Source: Acidobacteriota bacterium (GTDB taxonomy: Bacteria; Acidobacteriota; Thermoanaerobaculia; Thermoanaerobaculales; Sulfomarinibacteraceae). Taken from it: DNA of 64,000 nucleotides. The stretch is from assembly GCA_015493585.1 (NCBI GenBank), contig WGCW01000016.1, positions 30,668 through 94,667 of the forward strand. The letters run 5' to 3'. The notes beneath the pieces are model-generated. The model was not told the origin of the DNA. It made no database searches and was given only the letters and a program-made list of their open reading frames with translations. The position numbers and the translations under genes were made by a program. Shown piece after piece: positions 45,822 through 55,910 of this stretch. The first letter of the stretch is position 1. Each line of letters starts with the position of its first letter.

Positions 45822-47201
45822 ATGGCACTGAGCATCTTCGACATCTTCAAGATCGGGATCGGGCCGTCCAGCTCTCACACGGTCGGACCGATGCGGGCGG
45901 CCGGATTCCTCCTGGACAAGCTCCGCAAACACGGCCTCTTCGAACGCACCGGACATCTCACGGTTGAGCTGTTCGGATCCCTGGCCTCCACCGGCCGGGG
46001 ACACAACACCGACAAGGCGATCGTCTGGGGTCTGCTGGGCGAAAAGCCAGATACGATCGATCCCGGCCAGGAAGATGTGCTCTACCAGACCGTTGCCAAG
46101 AACGGCTCGTTGAGCCTCGGTGGTACGCGGCAGATCCGGTTCTCCCCCGCCGAGGACATCCTCTTCCGGGAGGACGAGCAGCTTCCCTTCCATCCCAACG
46201 GCATGCGCTTTACCATTGATGATGGCGCTGGCAACGAGCTCTACCGCAAGGTCTTCTACTCGATCGGCGGTGGCTTCATCGTCGGGCACAAGACGGCGCG
46301 AGATGACCAATTGAAGAAGTCGAGTCCCTCCTTGCCGTACGGTTTCAACTCCGGGCGGGAGATGCTCGAGATGGCCCACGCCTCTGGCCTCGCCATCTCC
46401 GGGATGGTCTTTGAGAACGAGAAAACCTGGCGGAGCCCCGAGCAGATCGAGGCCGGCCTCGACCGGATCAACGACACCATGCAGCGGTGCGTCGAGCGCG
46501 GGTTCACCATCCGCGGCGTCTTACCGGGCCGACTCAAGGTCAGGCGCCGTGCTCCCGATCTCTACGAACGGCTCTCACGTCAGAACGAGGGGGCGTTCGG
46601 CGATCCGCTGGCTGTGCTCGACTGGGTTAGCCTCTACGCCCTCGCCGTCAACGAGGAGAACGCCGCCGGCGGCCGTGTCGTCACCGCGCCAACCAACGGC
46701 GCCGCGGGCATCATCCCGGCGGTGATGCGGTACACCGAGAAGTTCCTCCCATCGTGCATCGGCCCACGCCACCGGCCCTTCCTTCTGACCGCTGGCGCCA
46801 TCGGCATCCTGTACAAGGAGCGGGCCTCCATCTCCGGCGCCGAGGTTGGGTGCCAAGGTGAGGTCGGCGTCGCCTGTTCCATGGCGGCCGCCGGTCTGAC
46901 CGAGGTTCTCGGAGGCACCCCTGAGCAGGTGGAGAACGCCGCCGAGATCGGCATGGAACACAACCTTGGCCTGACCTGCGATCCCGTTGACGGCCTCGTC
47001 CAGATCCCCTGTATCGAGCGCAACGCCATGGCCGCGGTCAAGGCGCTCAACGCTGCGCGGATCGCCCTTTCCGGGAGCGGCCACCACGTCGTCTCCCTCG
47101 ACGAGGTCATGGCGACGATGAAGCAGACCGGCCTCGACATGAGCTCCCGCTACAAGGAAACCTCCAAGGGCGGCCTGGCCATCAACATCACCGAGTGCTG
47201 A
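45822..47201 (+). CDS. sdaA: L-serine ammonia-lyase (iron-sulfur dependent, single-chain)
   Basis: 459 aa. [24 protein letters not shown]... N-terminus, and the C-terminal alpha-domain Cys context ...[19 protein letters not shown]... Confidence 0.9.
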   Translation: MALSIFDIFKIGIGPSSSHTVGPMRAAGFLLDKLRKHGLFERTGHLTVELFGSLASTGRGHNTDKAIVWGLLGEKPDTIDPGQEDVLYQTVAKNGSLSLGGTRQIRFSPAEDILFREDEQLPFHPNGMRFTIDDGAGNELYRKVFYSIGGGFIVGHKTARDDQLKKSSPSLPYGFNSGREMLEMAHASGLAISGMVFENEKTWRSPEQIEAGLDRINDTMQRCVERGFTIRGVLPGRLKVRRRAPDLYERLSRQNEGAFGDPLAVLDWVSLYALAVNEENAAGGRVVTAPTNGAAGIIPAVMRYTEKFLPSCIGPRHRPFLLTAGAIGILYKERASISGAEVGCQGEVGVACSMAAAGLTEVLGGTPEQVENAAEIGMEHNLGLTCDPVDGLVQIPCIERNAMAAVKALNAARIALSGSGHHVVSLDEVMATMKQTGLDMSSRYKETSKGGLAINITEC

Positions 47202-47419
47202 TCCGGGCCGAGCCATCCCGGCACGAGAGACGCGCCCTCAGCGTCCAGCCTCTCCCGCCCTTCGCGCCCTTTGCCGAGTCCAGCCACGAACCCCTCGGCG
47301 ATCGCCGCGCCCGCCTCCAGGAGCCCTCCTGTAAACACATCGACGACCCGGCCTCCGTTGATCACCAAGCCGACGGCTTCATCTCCCCACGTCACGGTCA
47401 GAGAGTGCCGGCGCTCCAT
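47150..47419 (-). pseudogene. N-terminal remnant of an amidohydrolase (adenine deaminase/dihydroorotase-like)
   Basis: MERRHSLTV..DEAVGLVINGGRVVDVFTGGLLEAGAAIAEGFVAGLG....LDAEGASLVPGW matches the N-terminal beta-sandwich of metal-dependent amidohydrolases. Similarity stops where the ORF runs into the 3' end of sdaA (47201). No HxH motif or catalytic barrel follows. Confidence 0.4.
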
Positions 47420-47536
47420 CGAGTCCCCCCCTTCACTTTCGCATGCTCCCATTCACAACCCAGACGCGGCAGCCCCGTGTAGAATGGGGTGATGTTTCTC
47501 AATACGTACCGTTCGCATTCTGGAGGAGGACAACCG

Positions 47537-48739
47537 ATGAAACGTGTCTTGTTCGTGACAGCTCTACTGGCCTTCGTTTTCGGCCTGACACCCGGCGGAT
47601 ATGCGCTCAACCTCGGCACCGATCTGTACGTGCCGGCAGCGGCCCGGGTGACCGGATCGAACGTCGATTGGAAATCCGATCTCAACATTTTTAACCCTGG
47701 GAATCAGGGGGCGAGCGTCGAGATCTACTGGCTCCCCCGTGCCACGGACAACTCGGCGGCGCAGCCGGTCAGCTTCACGATCGGTCCTCAGCAGACGCTG
47801 TCCTTGCCGAATGTGATCGAAACGACGTTCGGAACCACCGGCGGAGGCGCGTTCCGGATCGTCTCTTCGGCCCAGGTTCTCGTTCAGGCGCGGATCTACA
47901 ACACGATCGCCGATGGCTCGACCTTCGGCCAGGGGCTTGAAGGTGTGCCGGCCGATGCCGCGACGAAAGCAGGAAACGGAACCGATATCACCGGCCTTGC
48001 CAATACCGGTACTGCTGGACACCCCGGAACCTTCCGGTCCAATATCTTTGCGGTCAATACGAGCACCTCGGCAACGACCCTAACGTTCACGCTCCTCGAT
48101 ACGCAGGGCGCGACGCTCGCCACGCAGCAAAAGACGCTTCCCCCCCGCGCCTCCTTCTATGAAAATGTCGGCGCGTTCTACGGCGGCTCGTTCGACGACG
48201 CAACCCTTCACGTCGATGTAACGTCGGGATCGGCCATCATCATTGCTTCGAAGAACGACAACGGGTATTCCGATGGCACGACCCTGGAAAGCTGGTGGCC
48301 GCTCGGGGCATCCTCCGGACCTTCCGACGGCACGTATCAGGCCGGACTCTACGATTCGCTCGGCTTCGCCACCGGTGGAGCCCTGACGATCAGTGGCGGC
48401 CAGGTCACCGCTCTCGACATGAGCTACCTCAACTTTGACAAGGACGAGGACGGCGACGGCCAACCGGACTGCACCTGGACGTTCTCCTTTGGCAGCGGGA
48501 TGCCCTCACCGCTCCCGCTGAGCGCATTCACGTCTGGAGAAACCTTCTCCGAGTCGTATCCCGCCGATGCTTCCTCCGGCTTTTCAGGCGGAACGATCCA
48601 GTGGACGGTGACCTTCACCTCAAACGGGCGTCAAGGCTTCAACGGTACCGTCGCGGCGACCGGTTCTGGCTTCTCCGGCGACGATGCTGGTTGTAACGGA
48701 ACCTTCCCCGTGCAGAGCTTCCGCGCAGGGGTTCAGTAA
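47537..48739 (+). CDS. Secreted hypothetical protein
   Basis: Signal peptide MKRVLFVTALLAFVFGLTPGGYA after GGAGGAGGA. The sequence is Thr/Gly/Ser-rich and beta-rich, with one Ca-binding-like DKDEDGDGQPD motif. No family recognised. Confidence 0.55.
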   Translation: MKRVLFVTALLAFVFGLTPGGYALNLGTDLYVPAAARVTGSNVDWKSDLNIFNPGNQGASVEIYWLPRATDNSAAQPVSFTIGPQQTLSLPNVIETTFGTTGGGAFRIVSSAQVLVQARIYNTIADGSTFGQGLEGVPADAATKAGNGTDITGLANTGTAGHPGTFRSNIFAVNTSTSATTLTFTLLDTQGATLATQQKTLPPRASFYENVGAFYGGSFDDATLHVDVTSGSAIIIASKNDNGYSDGTTLESWWPLGASSGPSDGTYQAGLYDSLGFATGGALTISGGQVTALDMSYLNFDKDEDGDGQPDCTWTFSFGSGMPSPLPLSAFTSGETFSESYPADASSGFSGGTIQWTVTFTSNGRQGFNGTVAATGSGFSGDDAGCNGTFPVQSFRAGVQ

Positions 48740-50325
48740 GCGGCGCGGCTCGCTCCAACGTGGGGTGGAGCGAGCCTGATGCGCGTCAGCACAAACGGGT
48801 GCATGATGACCACGCCATCGGGTTTGAGGACCACGCGCTGGACCGGAACCAGTCGCCGGACCGTTGCACGCCAGGTGGCCGGATCGATGCCCAGCCGGGA
48901 GACCATCGCGGCCGCCGCTGGGCTTGAAACATCGCCGATCACCCACAGTTGGTGTGCCTGGGAGGCCTCACTCAGCCAGGGCCGCAACGCTGCTGCCGGA
49001 GGGAGCGACTGGCGGCGCGCAGCCTGAACCAGGAGCGTCAAGTCCATGATCCGCCGTCCGCTGAGGTAGGGAAGGCCGAGCCGCTCCCGGCCCTCGCCGC
49101 CAGTAGTCAGCAGGATCGCGTCAGGATCCGTGTGAGAACGGATGAAGGACGCCTCGATCCAAACCCTGCCGTTCTCGGGTCTCGACTGAGGGATCGCCGA
49201 CCCCACGGCGTTCGTCAGGCCAAGCACGACAACCGCCGTACCCAGGAGGATCGGTCCAAAGCGCGCGGGAAGCCGTTCGGTTCCCAGCGCGGTCAGAACC
49301 GCCAGGAACGGGACAGCAACGACCGCATGCTCGACGTTCCCCACGTCCCAGACGAGCCAGAGGGGTACGAACGCACCCAAGCCGAGCAACGCCATCGTGC
49401 CGAGGCGGGATCTCCGGGCAAGCGACGTCGTGGCACCGAGCAGGATCAGGCCGAGAAGAATCAGCGCAGCAGCTCCTCCGGCCACTGTCAGGATCCGGGG
49501 CCACGGCGGATGCAAGAGCCTCACGCTCTCGTACCACCGCCACGCGCCGAGCGCTGCAACGGCGTGAACGGCGCCACGTACCGACGGAGCGCTCAGGTAC
49601 GACCCGCCCGATGCCGGGATGAGCCGCGCGAGACGTTGGGACAGCGGCAGTCCCGGAGAGCCGGCGATCAGTGCTGCAACGATGACACCCCCGGTGCCGG
49701 CGAGGCCTGCGCCGGCGGTGCGTATCGCCCATTTCGGCCTCCGCCAGAACCGGATGCCCGTTGGGATGACGAGGAGAGAGGCCACCAGATGGGACAGCCC
49801 GGCGAAGGTCAACGACCCCGCAACCGCTGCCGTTCTGGGCTTTGGACTCGAGACGACCGCCAGCCACACCAACGCGGCCAGCGCTTCAATCGTGTAGACC
49901 TCCATCTGGGTCGAAAATCCCCACAGCCCCGCCGACACCGCGGCTCCCACGGCTGCGAGGAGCGCCACCCCCTCACGAACACCGTGCGTGCGCAGGAGGA
50001 CGACGAGGCCCCCAACGACGGTGGCCCCGGCCAGCGCGCTGAGGACGGCACCCCCGTCGAGGGCGAGGATCTTGATCCCGGCGAACCGGAGGACGGCAAC
50101 GAGCGCGGCGGCGAGCGGGTTGTAAAGAACGTGGTAAGGATGGAAGAACTGCCAGGAAGGACGATGTCCTTCGAGCACCCGTTCGACGGCCAGAGCGAAC
50201 ACCGTCCCGTCGCCCCCAACGTCTCGCGTGCGCGTCAGCACATAGACCGCGAACGCCGCCAGCCCCAGAACGGCGCCTTCCTGCGCCGGCGTCGCCGCCC
50301 GCGGCCGGCCTTTCCCCTGGCTCAC
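48733..50325 (-). CDS. Polytopic membrane protein (GT-C-like candidate), start uncertain
   Basis: More than 10 hydrophobic helices. The tracked ORF (to 50526) overlaps the upstream gene by 143 nt. A GTG at 50325 (VSQGKGRPRAAT...) avoids the overlap. The function call is weak. Confidence 0.5.
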   Translation of the reverse strand: MSQGKGRPRAATPAQEGAVLGLAAFAVYVLTRTRDVGGDGTVFALAVERVLEGHRPSWQFFHPYHVLYNPLAAALVAVLRFAGIKILALDGGAVLSALAGATVVGGLVVLLRTHGVREGVALLAAVGAAVSAGLWGFSTQMEVYTIEALAALVWLAVVSSPKPRTAAVAGSLTFAGLSHLVASLLVIPTGIRFWRRPKWAIRTAGAGLAGTGGVIVAALIAGSPGLPLSQRLARLIPASGGSYLSAPSVRGAVHAVAALGAWRWYESVRLLHPPWPRILTVAGGAAALILLGLILLGATTSLARRSRLGTMALLGLGAFVPLWLVWDVGNVEHAVVAVPFLAVLTALGTERLPARFGPILLGTAVVVLGLTNAVGSAIPQSRPENGRVWIEASFIRSHTDPDAILLTTGGEGRERLGLPYLSGRRIMDLTLLVQAARRQSLPPAAALRPWLSEASQAHQLWVIGDVSSPAAAAMVSRLGIDPATWRATVRRLVPVQRVVLKPDGVVIMHPFVLTRIRLAPPHVGASRAAY

Positions 50326-50383
50326 CCCACGCTCGCCCCGTCGGGCTCCGGACGGCGCTCGTCCAACGCCGGTGCTCCGAAAC

Positions 50384-51718
50384 CTACTCGTTCCGCGGAC
50401 GCCACTGATCGACGGGAATCGGCGCCCCCAGCGAGCCGTCCTTATGCCATCGAGCGACCTCGATGTTTTGATCAAGTTCCACCGGCGTGTAGCGAGGCAA
50501 GCAGAAGAACATCCAGTGCCCATCACGCGTCGGGTTAGCCTCGGTCAGAACCTGGCGGAACTTTCCAGGCAAACGAAGCGGGTGAACAGCACCCTTCGTG
50601 TACTCGAGCTGACGGTCCGCCCTGCAAAAGAACAGCTGGTTGACCGGGCCCACGCGCGGGCACCACTCAGGGCTCGGCGTGTTAATCCGCGGATCGAGCG
50701 GCATGGCCTTCCCCCGTTTTGGCATGAACAGGTAGAGATCAGAGTTTTTCCCGGAGGACGTGCGCGAAAAGCTGATCATCGAGGTGCTCCCCGCGAGGTA
50801 CACCGCATCCTCCGTGTCACCCTTGCCGAGCTGGTCAAGCCGTTCGATCGGCCCCCATAGCTTTGATGCAGAACGCCTCGACGACCTGCCGGCCCAGGCC
50901 GGATGACCCGGTTCTTTTACCGTCACCAGGCAGAGCGTCTCAGCCTCGTTCATCCACGACACCCGCACGACGCTGTCCTTGTCCATCCCTGGGAATACCA
51001 CCAGTTTGGGCGGCGTCCATCCTTTCGGGGTGAGCTCCGTCCGGTAGGTCCGCTCGGCAAGACCAAGCGGCCCTCCAGGCTTTGGAAGCCCCGGACGTAG
51101 TGCCCCAAACGGTTTCCCCTTCGCCGTCCACGGAGCACGGAGATGCGCGGCAAAGTAGAGCACACGGCCGCCCTTCAGAGGAACCGGGCTGTGCTCGACG
51201 CCAGAGCTGTTGATCCGTGCCGGATCATCTTGTGCGGCTACCGGGCTTGCTTCTCCCAACTTTGGAAGGCGCCACTGACGGTAGGTCGTAAAATCAACGA
51301 GGTAGGATGCATCACACAGCACCCGCTTGCTCCCGATCATCCGCGTCGTTCCACTAACAGGCAACGCCACCATTTCCGTTCCAACTGGAAACGCGGACAG
51401 CGAGGGAGCCGCCTCGCCCTTCCTCAACACGACGGTATCGGGTCCAACGGCCACCTCAGCCGTAATACCTTCCGCGATCGATGGTGTAGGCCGCGCCTTG
51501 GTCATTGTCTCCTTACCAAGCTCCCTGGGCGCCTGAACGCGCAGCCGGACGACGACCGTGTTGGGGCGTTTCGCGTCGGGAGTTGTCGCGATCAATGTGC
51601 CATAGACGATCGTATCCGGTTGAGGCTGCGGACGGTCGGGATTGACCATGTTGCAACCGGCAGCGGCCACAAGTCCAGCCAGCACGCCCATCCGAACGGC
51701 TTTCCATGCGTGAGTCAT
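50384..51718 (-). CDS. Lipoprotein with TolB-like (PD40) beta-propeller repeats
   Basis: Lipobox-like ...LVAAAGC after an N-terminal hydrophobic segment. Repeated INSSGVEHSPV...VLYF / INTPSPEWCPRV...LFF / ...SDLYLF blocks resemble PD40 repeats. Confidence 0.55.
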   Translation of the reverse strand: MTHAWKAVRMGVLAGLVAAAGCNMVNPDRPQPQPDTIVYGTLIATTPDAKRPNTVVVRLRVQAPRELGKETMTKARPTPSIAEGITAEVAVGPDTVVLRKGEAAPSLSAFPVGTEMVALPVSGTTRMIGSKRVLCDASYLVDFTTYRQWRLPKLGEASPVAAQDDPARINSSGVEHSPVPLKGGRVLYFAAHLRAPWTAKGKPFGALRPGLPKPGGPLGLAERTYRTELTPKGWTPPKLVVFPGMDKDSVVRVSWMNEAETLCLVTVKEPGHPAWAGRSSRRSASKLWGPIERLDQLGKGDTEDAVYLAGSTSMISFSRTSSGKNSDLYLFMPKRGKAMPLDPRINTPSPEWCPRVGPVNQLFFCRADRQLEYTKGAVHPLRLPGKFRQVLTEANPTRDGHWMFFCLPRYTPVELDQNIEVARWHKDGSLGAPIPVDQWRPRNE

Positions 51719-51824
51719 CAGATACCTCCTGCAATCTCGGCCGAGCCGCTCTCCACCACCCGGCAGTTCGCTTCAGCAAAGAGAATCGTGGAAAATCTCA
51801 AATGGCAGCATTGCCCGGCACGGC

Positions 51825-53453
51825 TCATAGTAACATCCCAGCAATCGTCGCCGTCATCCACGACGCAAGCGCGCCGGCGAACATCGCCTTGAGCCCCAAC
51901 TTTGCGAGATCTTTTCGCCGGTGCGGCGCCAGGGCCGAAATCCCACCGATCTGAATGCCAATCGAGGAGAAGTTCGCAAAGCCGCACAGTGCGTACGTCG
52001 AGATGATCATCGCCCGGTGGCCGATGGCACCGGCGTGCAGGTAGGTCGCCAGCTCACCGTAGGCGACGAACTCATTGAGCGACAGCTTGATCCCAAGCAG
52101 GTTTCCAACCTTCGCCGCATCGGCCCATGGCACCCCCATCAGGAAGGCGAGCGGACGGAGGATCGTACCGAAGAGCGTCCTCAGTGATCCCGGGAATATG
52201 CCACGAAACTCTCCGGTCACCGGCGACAATCCACCTGACGCATACTTGACATAGGTTCCGCCGAGCAGCATCCCGTCGATCAGTTTGTCCGCCCAGTTCA
52301 GGAGCACATCTGCAACGGCGATCAGAGCGATGAACCCGATCAGCATGGCGCCGACGTTGACCGCCAGTTTGAGGCCATCCGTGATTCCAGCGGTTGCTGC
52401 CTCGATGACGTTGTCACCCGTCTTGATCTCCGGAAATTCGGTATCGCCCGCGGTCACGGAATGCTCGAGCTCAGGGAAAACGAGCTTCCCCATGACGAGG
52501 GCAGCCGGTGCCGACATCACGCTCGCCGCGATCAGGTGGCCGGCCGGGATCCCCATTGCGATGTATCCAGCCAACACGCCGCCGGCGATCGTGGCAAACC
52601 CTCCAACCATCACCGTGAGCAGCTCCGAATTGGTCATGTCTTCGAGAAACGGTTTGATCAACAGCGGCGCTTCCGTCTGACCAACGAAGATATTCGCGGT
52701 ACAGGAGAGCGTCTCGGCCCCGCTCGTCCCCAGCGTCCACCGCATGAATTTTGCCATCGCCTCAATAATCCTCTGCATGATGCCCAAGTGATAGAGAATC
52801 CCCATGGCGCCGCCGAAGAAAATGATCGTTGGCAGCACTTTGAAGGCAAACAGAAAACCGAAACCGGGCCATGTGGCATGGGGGCCAGGAAAGAAGTATT
52901 TCGGATCGGCAAGGTTACCGAAGAGAAACTTCGCCCCGTAATCGGAGAGGTTGAGGAAGGCCGCCACCTCATCGGAAAAGACCTTGAACACGATCCGGCC
53001 GTGGAGATTGTGTACGACGAGGTCGGCGATGCCGAAAACGATCAGGAGGGAGGCCCCCCAGCGCTGCGCCCACTGAGCGAGACGGAGCCATGGATTGATG
53101 AGGAGAAACGCGAGCAAAAGCAGGAGAATGACGCCAAGAGCGGGGGCGGCAAACCGGGCAGCCAGGTAGCCGGCAGCAGCGCAGCCGATCCCCAGCCCAA
53201 TGACCGGCGGCCACCCCCCACCGAAACGAATCTGATCCTTCTGCAGGAGGAAGAGGATCACGAGGATCCCGAGGATCCCCATTCCCACAAAGCTCCATGC
53301 ATCGCTGCGAAGGATAATCAATGCGAATACGAGCTGGAGCGCGGTACCCCAGATCACGACCCTCCAAGGGATGTTGCGGCGGTGGTATGACATCGCCCAC
53401 GCGATCCCTAAGAGAGCGAAGAGCCCAACGACACTGATCACGTTCATGCTCAT
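51825..53453 (-). CDS. Concentrative nucleoside transporter (NupC/CNT family)
   Basis: ...GAETLSCTANIFVGQTEAPLLIKPF... and the C-terminal ...CGFANFSSIGIQIGG... are CNT-family motifs. GGGAGGGG precedes the ATG at 53453. It is longer than typical NupC proteins (see findings). Confidence 0.8.
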   Translation of the reverse strand: MSMNVISVVGLFALLGIAWAMSYHRRNIPWRVVIWGTALQLVFALIILRSDAWSFVGMGILGILVILFLLQKDQIRFGGGWPPVIGLGIGCAAAGYLAARFAAPALGVILLLLLAFLLINPWLRLAQWAQRWGASLLIVFGIADLVVHNLHGRIVFKVFSDEVAAFLNLSDYGAKFLFGNLADPKYFFPGPHATWPGFGFLFAFKVLPTIIFFGGAMGILYHLGIMQRIIEAMAKFMRWTLGTSGAETLSCTANIFVGQTEAPLLIKPFLEDMTNSELLTVMVGGFATIAGGVLAGYIAMGIPAGHLIAASVMSAPAALVMGKLVFPELEHSVTAGDTEFPEIKTGDNVIEAATAGITDGLKLAVNVGAMLIGFIALIAVADVLLNWADKLIDGMLLGGTYVKYASGGLSPVTGEFRGIFPGSLRTLFGTILRPLAFLMGVPWADAAKVGNLLGIKLSLNEFVAYGELATYLHAGAIGHRAMIISTYALCGFANFSSIGIQIGGISALAPHRRKDLAKLGLKAMFAGALASWMTATIAGMLL

Positions 53454-53567
53454 CGGCACCCCTCCCATCCGGTCCGAAGTACTTTACCCCGGAACCGGTA
53501 GCGGTGGTAGCGGGCCGCTTACCGTCCCGATGGGACCGTACAATCAGGCCGACGGCTTGCCACCGCG

Positions 53568-55766
53568 TCAGAATCGCAGCACCATGCCGCAGAAATATTC
53601 CTGGCGCGGTCCCGGCTGATAGGAGTTGCCATCCGGGTCAGGTTCCGTAAAGGCAATGTACTTCTTCCCGCCGATGTTTCGTGCAGACACGAGGAGATCA
53701 CCGCGCGCACCAAAGAGCCGGAGGTGCCAGGCGACGCGTGCTCCCCACAAGGTGTAGCCCCCGATCCAGGTTGTGTTGGTCGCGTCGATGTACGCCCGGC
53801 TCTCAAGCTCGCTGGAGAGACCAACCGAAATGGCGGGTGAAAGAGCGTAGCGGGCATCGAAGCCAAGCTGATGCCTGGGCGAGTTAGGAAGATGCGTGCC
53901 GGTGTACAGCGTATCTCCCATCAAGACTGCGTCGTAGGTGAAGTCGGAATAGGTATAGGCGAGCTGGAGCCGGAGCGGATCAACCGGGAACCACACGACC
54001 GAGGTCTCCAGTCCCCACCGGGTGCTGTCGCCCGCATTCCGGTAGAAAGTCTCGAGTGGCCGCGAGGGAATCCTGTACCGGCCAAAATCATTTTTCGTCG
54101 TCAGGTGGAAGACTGACGTGTCGACGTTGAGCCGGCCAGCGATGACCGCCCGCACACCGAGCTCTTCCCCCTGCGAGGTTGCCGGGGTCAGATGACGGTT
54201 GAACCCTCCCATGTGGTCGGGGTTATTCGCGAGCTCCTCCGTGGCTGGCGGAAGAAACCCCTGGCCCCAGCTGGCGTAAAAGCCGAGGGTTTCCGTCGGA
54301 TTCCACGACACGCCGGCCCGAGCCGTAGTCTTTGAGAAATCGTGTCCACCGGACAGATCAATGCCGCCCGCCTGGAAGTTATCGTTGAGATCGTTGGAGA
54401 TGCTGTCGTAGCGGACACCGGCCATCACACTCCAGGCCGGCGACAGCTCCAGGCGGTTGAGGATGAACACACCGGTGCCACTCTGATGGATCGTGTCGTC
54501 GGAGAGCTTGTTCGGGCCCTCCACCCCGAGACCGAGGTTAGGGTTCCTGAAATCGTTGATGTGTTGCCAGCCAAGATCGGTTCCCAGGCTGAGCTCGTCT
54601 CTCAATCCCCCGAGCGTCATCGTCCGCGTGTACTGCAGATAGCCGCCAAAATTGACATATGTCCGGTGATCAATTGAGGAGGGAACGGACTCCTTCCAGT
54701 CGGTGCTCCGCAGGTAACCCGCGAAATGGATCGTCCCATGCTCGCCAGCGGCGAGATCGCCGGTCACCCCGCCCGTCCCCCGCCGCGTGAGCTGGTACTC
54801 GTTGAATGTCAATGAATCTGGATTCGCCTGCCGCGGGTTTTGGAAAACCTGCTCGATGTTGAGCCCCTCTGCATTCTCATTGAAAAACCGGGTCCCCGCC
54901 GCAATCAGCGTGACGTGGGCGCCGGGATGGTCGATGATCTTGACCTTGCTGTACAGGTTCGCCGCTGAGAACTTCGTGTGGTCGCGGTATCCGTCGCCCC
55001 ACATCCGGGAAGCGCTGACACGGTACGTCATCCCATCCGAGGTTCCCCCGCCTTCGAGCAATGTCTTGCGAAAGCCGTGTGAGCCGCTGATCAACCGGAC
55101 ACGCCCGCCGGCCGGCTCGTGCCCGCCATCTCGCGTGATAATGTTGATGATACCTCCAGAGGCGCTCCCACCGTACAACGCGGATGCCGGCCCGCGCAGC
55201 ACCTCAATCTTCCTGACCGTCGCCCAATCAACGTCGAAAAGGTCTGGCACAAATCCGGTTGGATCGTTCAATGGAATGCCGTCGAGCAGAACCTCAATCC
55301 CGCGGATTCCACGTTCGGTCAGGATGCCCTGACCTCGGATCGAGAGGTGGACCCGCTCACCATCGGCCTGGTTATCGACCTTAACGCCGGGCACGAGCGC
55401 CAGAGCTTCCTCTGCGCCTGCTGTCCGGGGCTGGGCTGCGAGGACCGAGGGGCCAACCACTGTCGTCGCAGCTGGATTCTCCCGAAGCGGGATCTGAACC
55501 CGTGCCGCCGTGACGACGACCTCACCACCCTGAATCTGCCGGAGGGTTGCAGTCGCCGCCTCTTTCTGAGCGGGCTTGGATTTCTTGGATTTCTTCACAT
55601 CAGTCGAGGTCCCAGCCGTGCGGTTCGCAGCCGTACGAGCTACAGCGGCCGGAGCACCACCTGGCGCCCGCTCGGATGCCAGCGCTGGCGTCAGGCTGAG
55701 AAGCAATATCCAACCACCGGCTAGGATTCCAGCCGGCGAAAAACGGGTCTGTCTTCGCATCATCAT
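53568..55766 (-). CDS. TonB-dependent outer-membrane receptor
   Basis: 732 aa. Signal peptide, plug domain (...VVVTAARVQIPLRENPAATTVV...LALVPGVKVD...SIRGQG...), a long beta-barrel, and a C-terminal aromatic end ...MVLRF. Confidence 0.85.
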   Translation of the reverse strand: MMMRRQTRFSPAGILAGGWILLLSLTPALASERAPGGAPAAVARTAANRTAGTSTDVKKSKKSKPAQKEAATATLRQIQGGEVVVTAARVQIPLRENPAATTVVGPSVLAAQPRTAGAEEALALVPGVKVDNQADGERVHLSIRGQGILTERGIRGIEVLLDGIPLNDPTGFVPDLFDVDWATVRKIEVLRGPASALYGGSASGGIINIITRDGGHEPAGGRVRLISGSHGFRKTLLEGGGTSDGMTYRVSASRMWGDGYRDHTKFSAANLYSKVKIIDHPGAHVTLIAAGTRFFNENAEGLNIEQVFQNPRQANPDSLTFNEYQLTRRGTGGVTGDLAAGEHGTIHFAGYLRSTDWKESVPSSIDHRTYVNFGGYLQYTRTMTLGGLRDELSLGTDLGWQHINDFRNPNLGLGVEGPNKLSDDTIHQSGTGVFILNRLELSPAWSVMAGVRYDSISNDLNDNFQAGGIDLSGGHDFSKTTARAGVSWNPTETLGFYASWGQGFLPPATEELANNPDHMGGFNRHLTPATSQGEELGVRAVIAGRLNVDTSVFHLTTKNDFGRYRIPSRPLETFYRNAGDSTRWGLETSVVWFPVDPLRLQLAYTYSDFTYDAVLMGDTLYTGTHLPNSPRHQLGFDARYALSPAISVGLSSELESRAYIDATNTTWIGGYTLWGARVAWHLRLFGARGDLLVSARNIGGKKYIAFTEPDPDGNSYQPGPRQEYFCGMVLRF

Positions 55767-55910
55767 CTCGATCTCCTTTGCGCATTTCCGCAGACTGCTG
55801 CGGAGGTTCGAGGCCGCTGGACGCGGTTTCCCTCGTCCTTGAAGGCCCGTCGATCTGTGTCATGGGAGCGTGCAGCCCGAATCCTGTCCGGGCCGCCAAG
55901 ATGATGAGGA

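Noticed and set aside
48949-50538. 529-aa plus-strand ORF antisense to the polytopic membrane protein gene
   Set aside because: The translation is extremely Arg/Pro/Glu/Gly-rich and has no motifs. The opposite strand encodes a coherent multi-TM protein.
55767-55910. Riboswitch (for example cobalamin or TPP) upstream of the TonB-dependent receptor
   Set aside because: I found no B12 box (GCCACTG-type) or TPP CUGAGA/ACCUGAUCUGGAU core. There is only a small hairpin (CCGCAG-CAGT-CTGCGG) near the RBS, and the upstream gene ends only 144 bp away, so co-transcription is likely.
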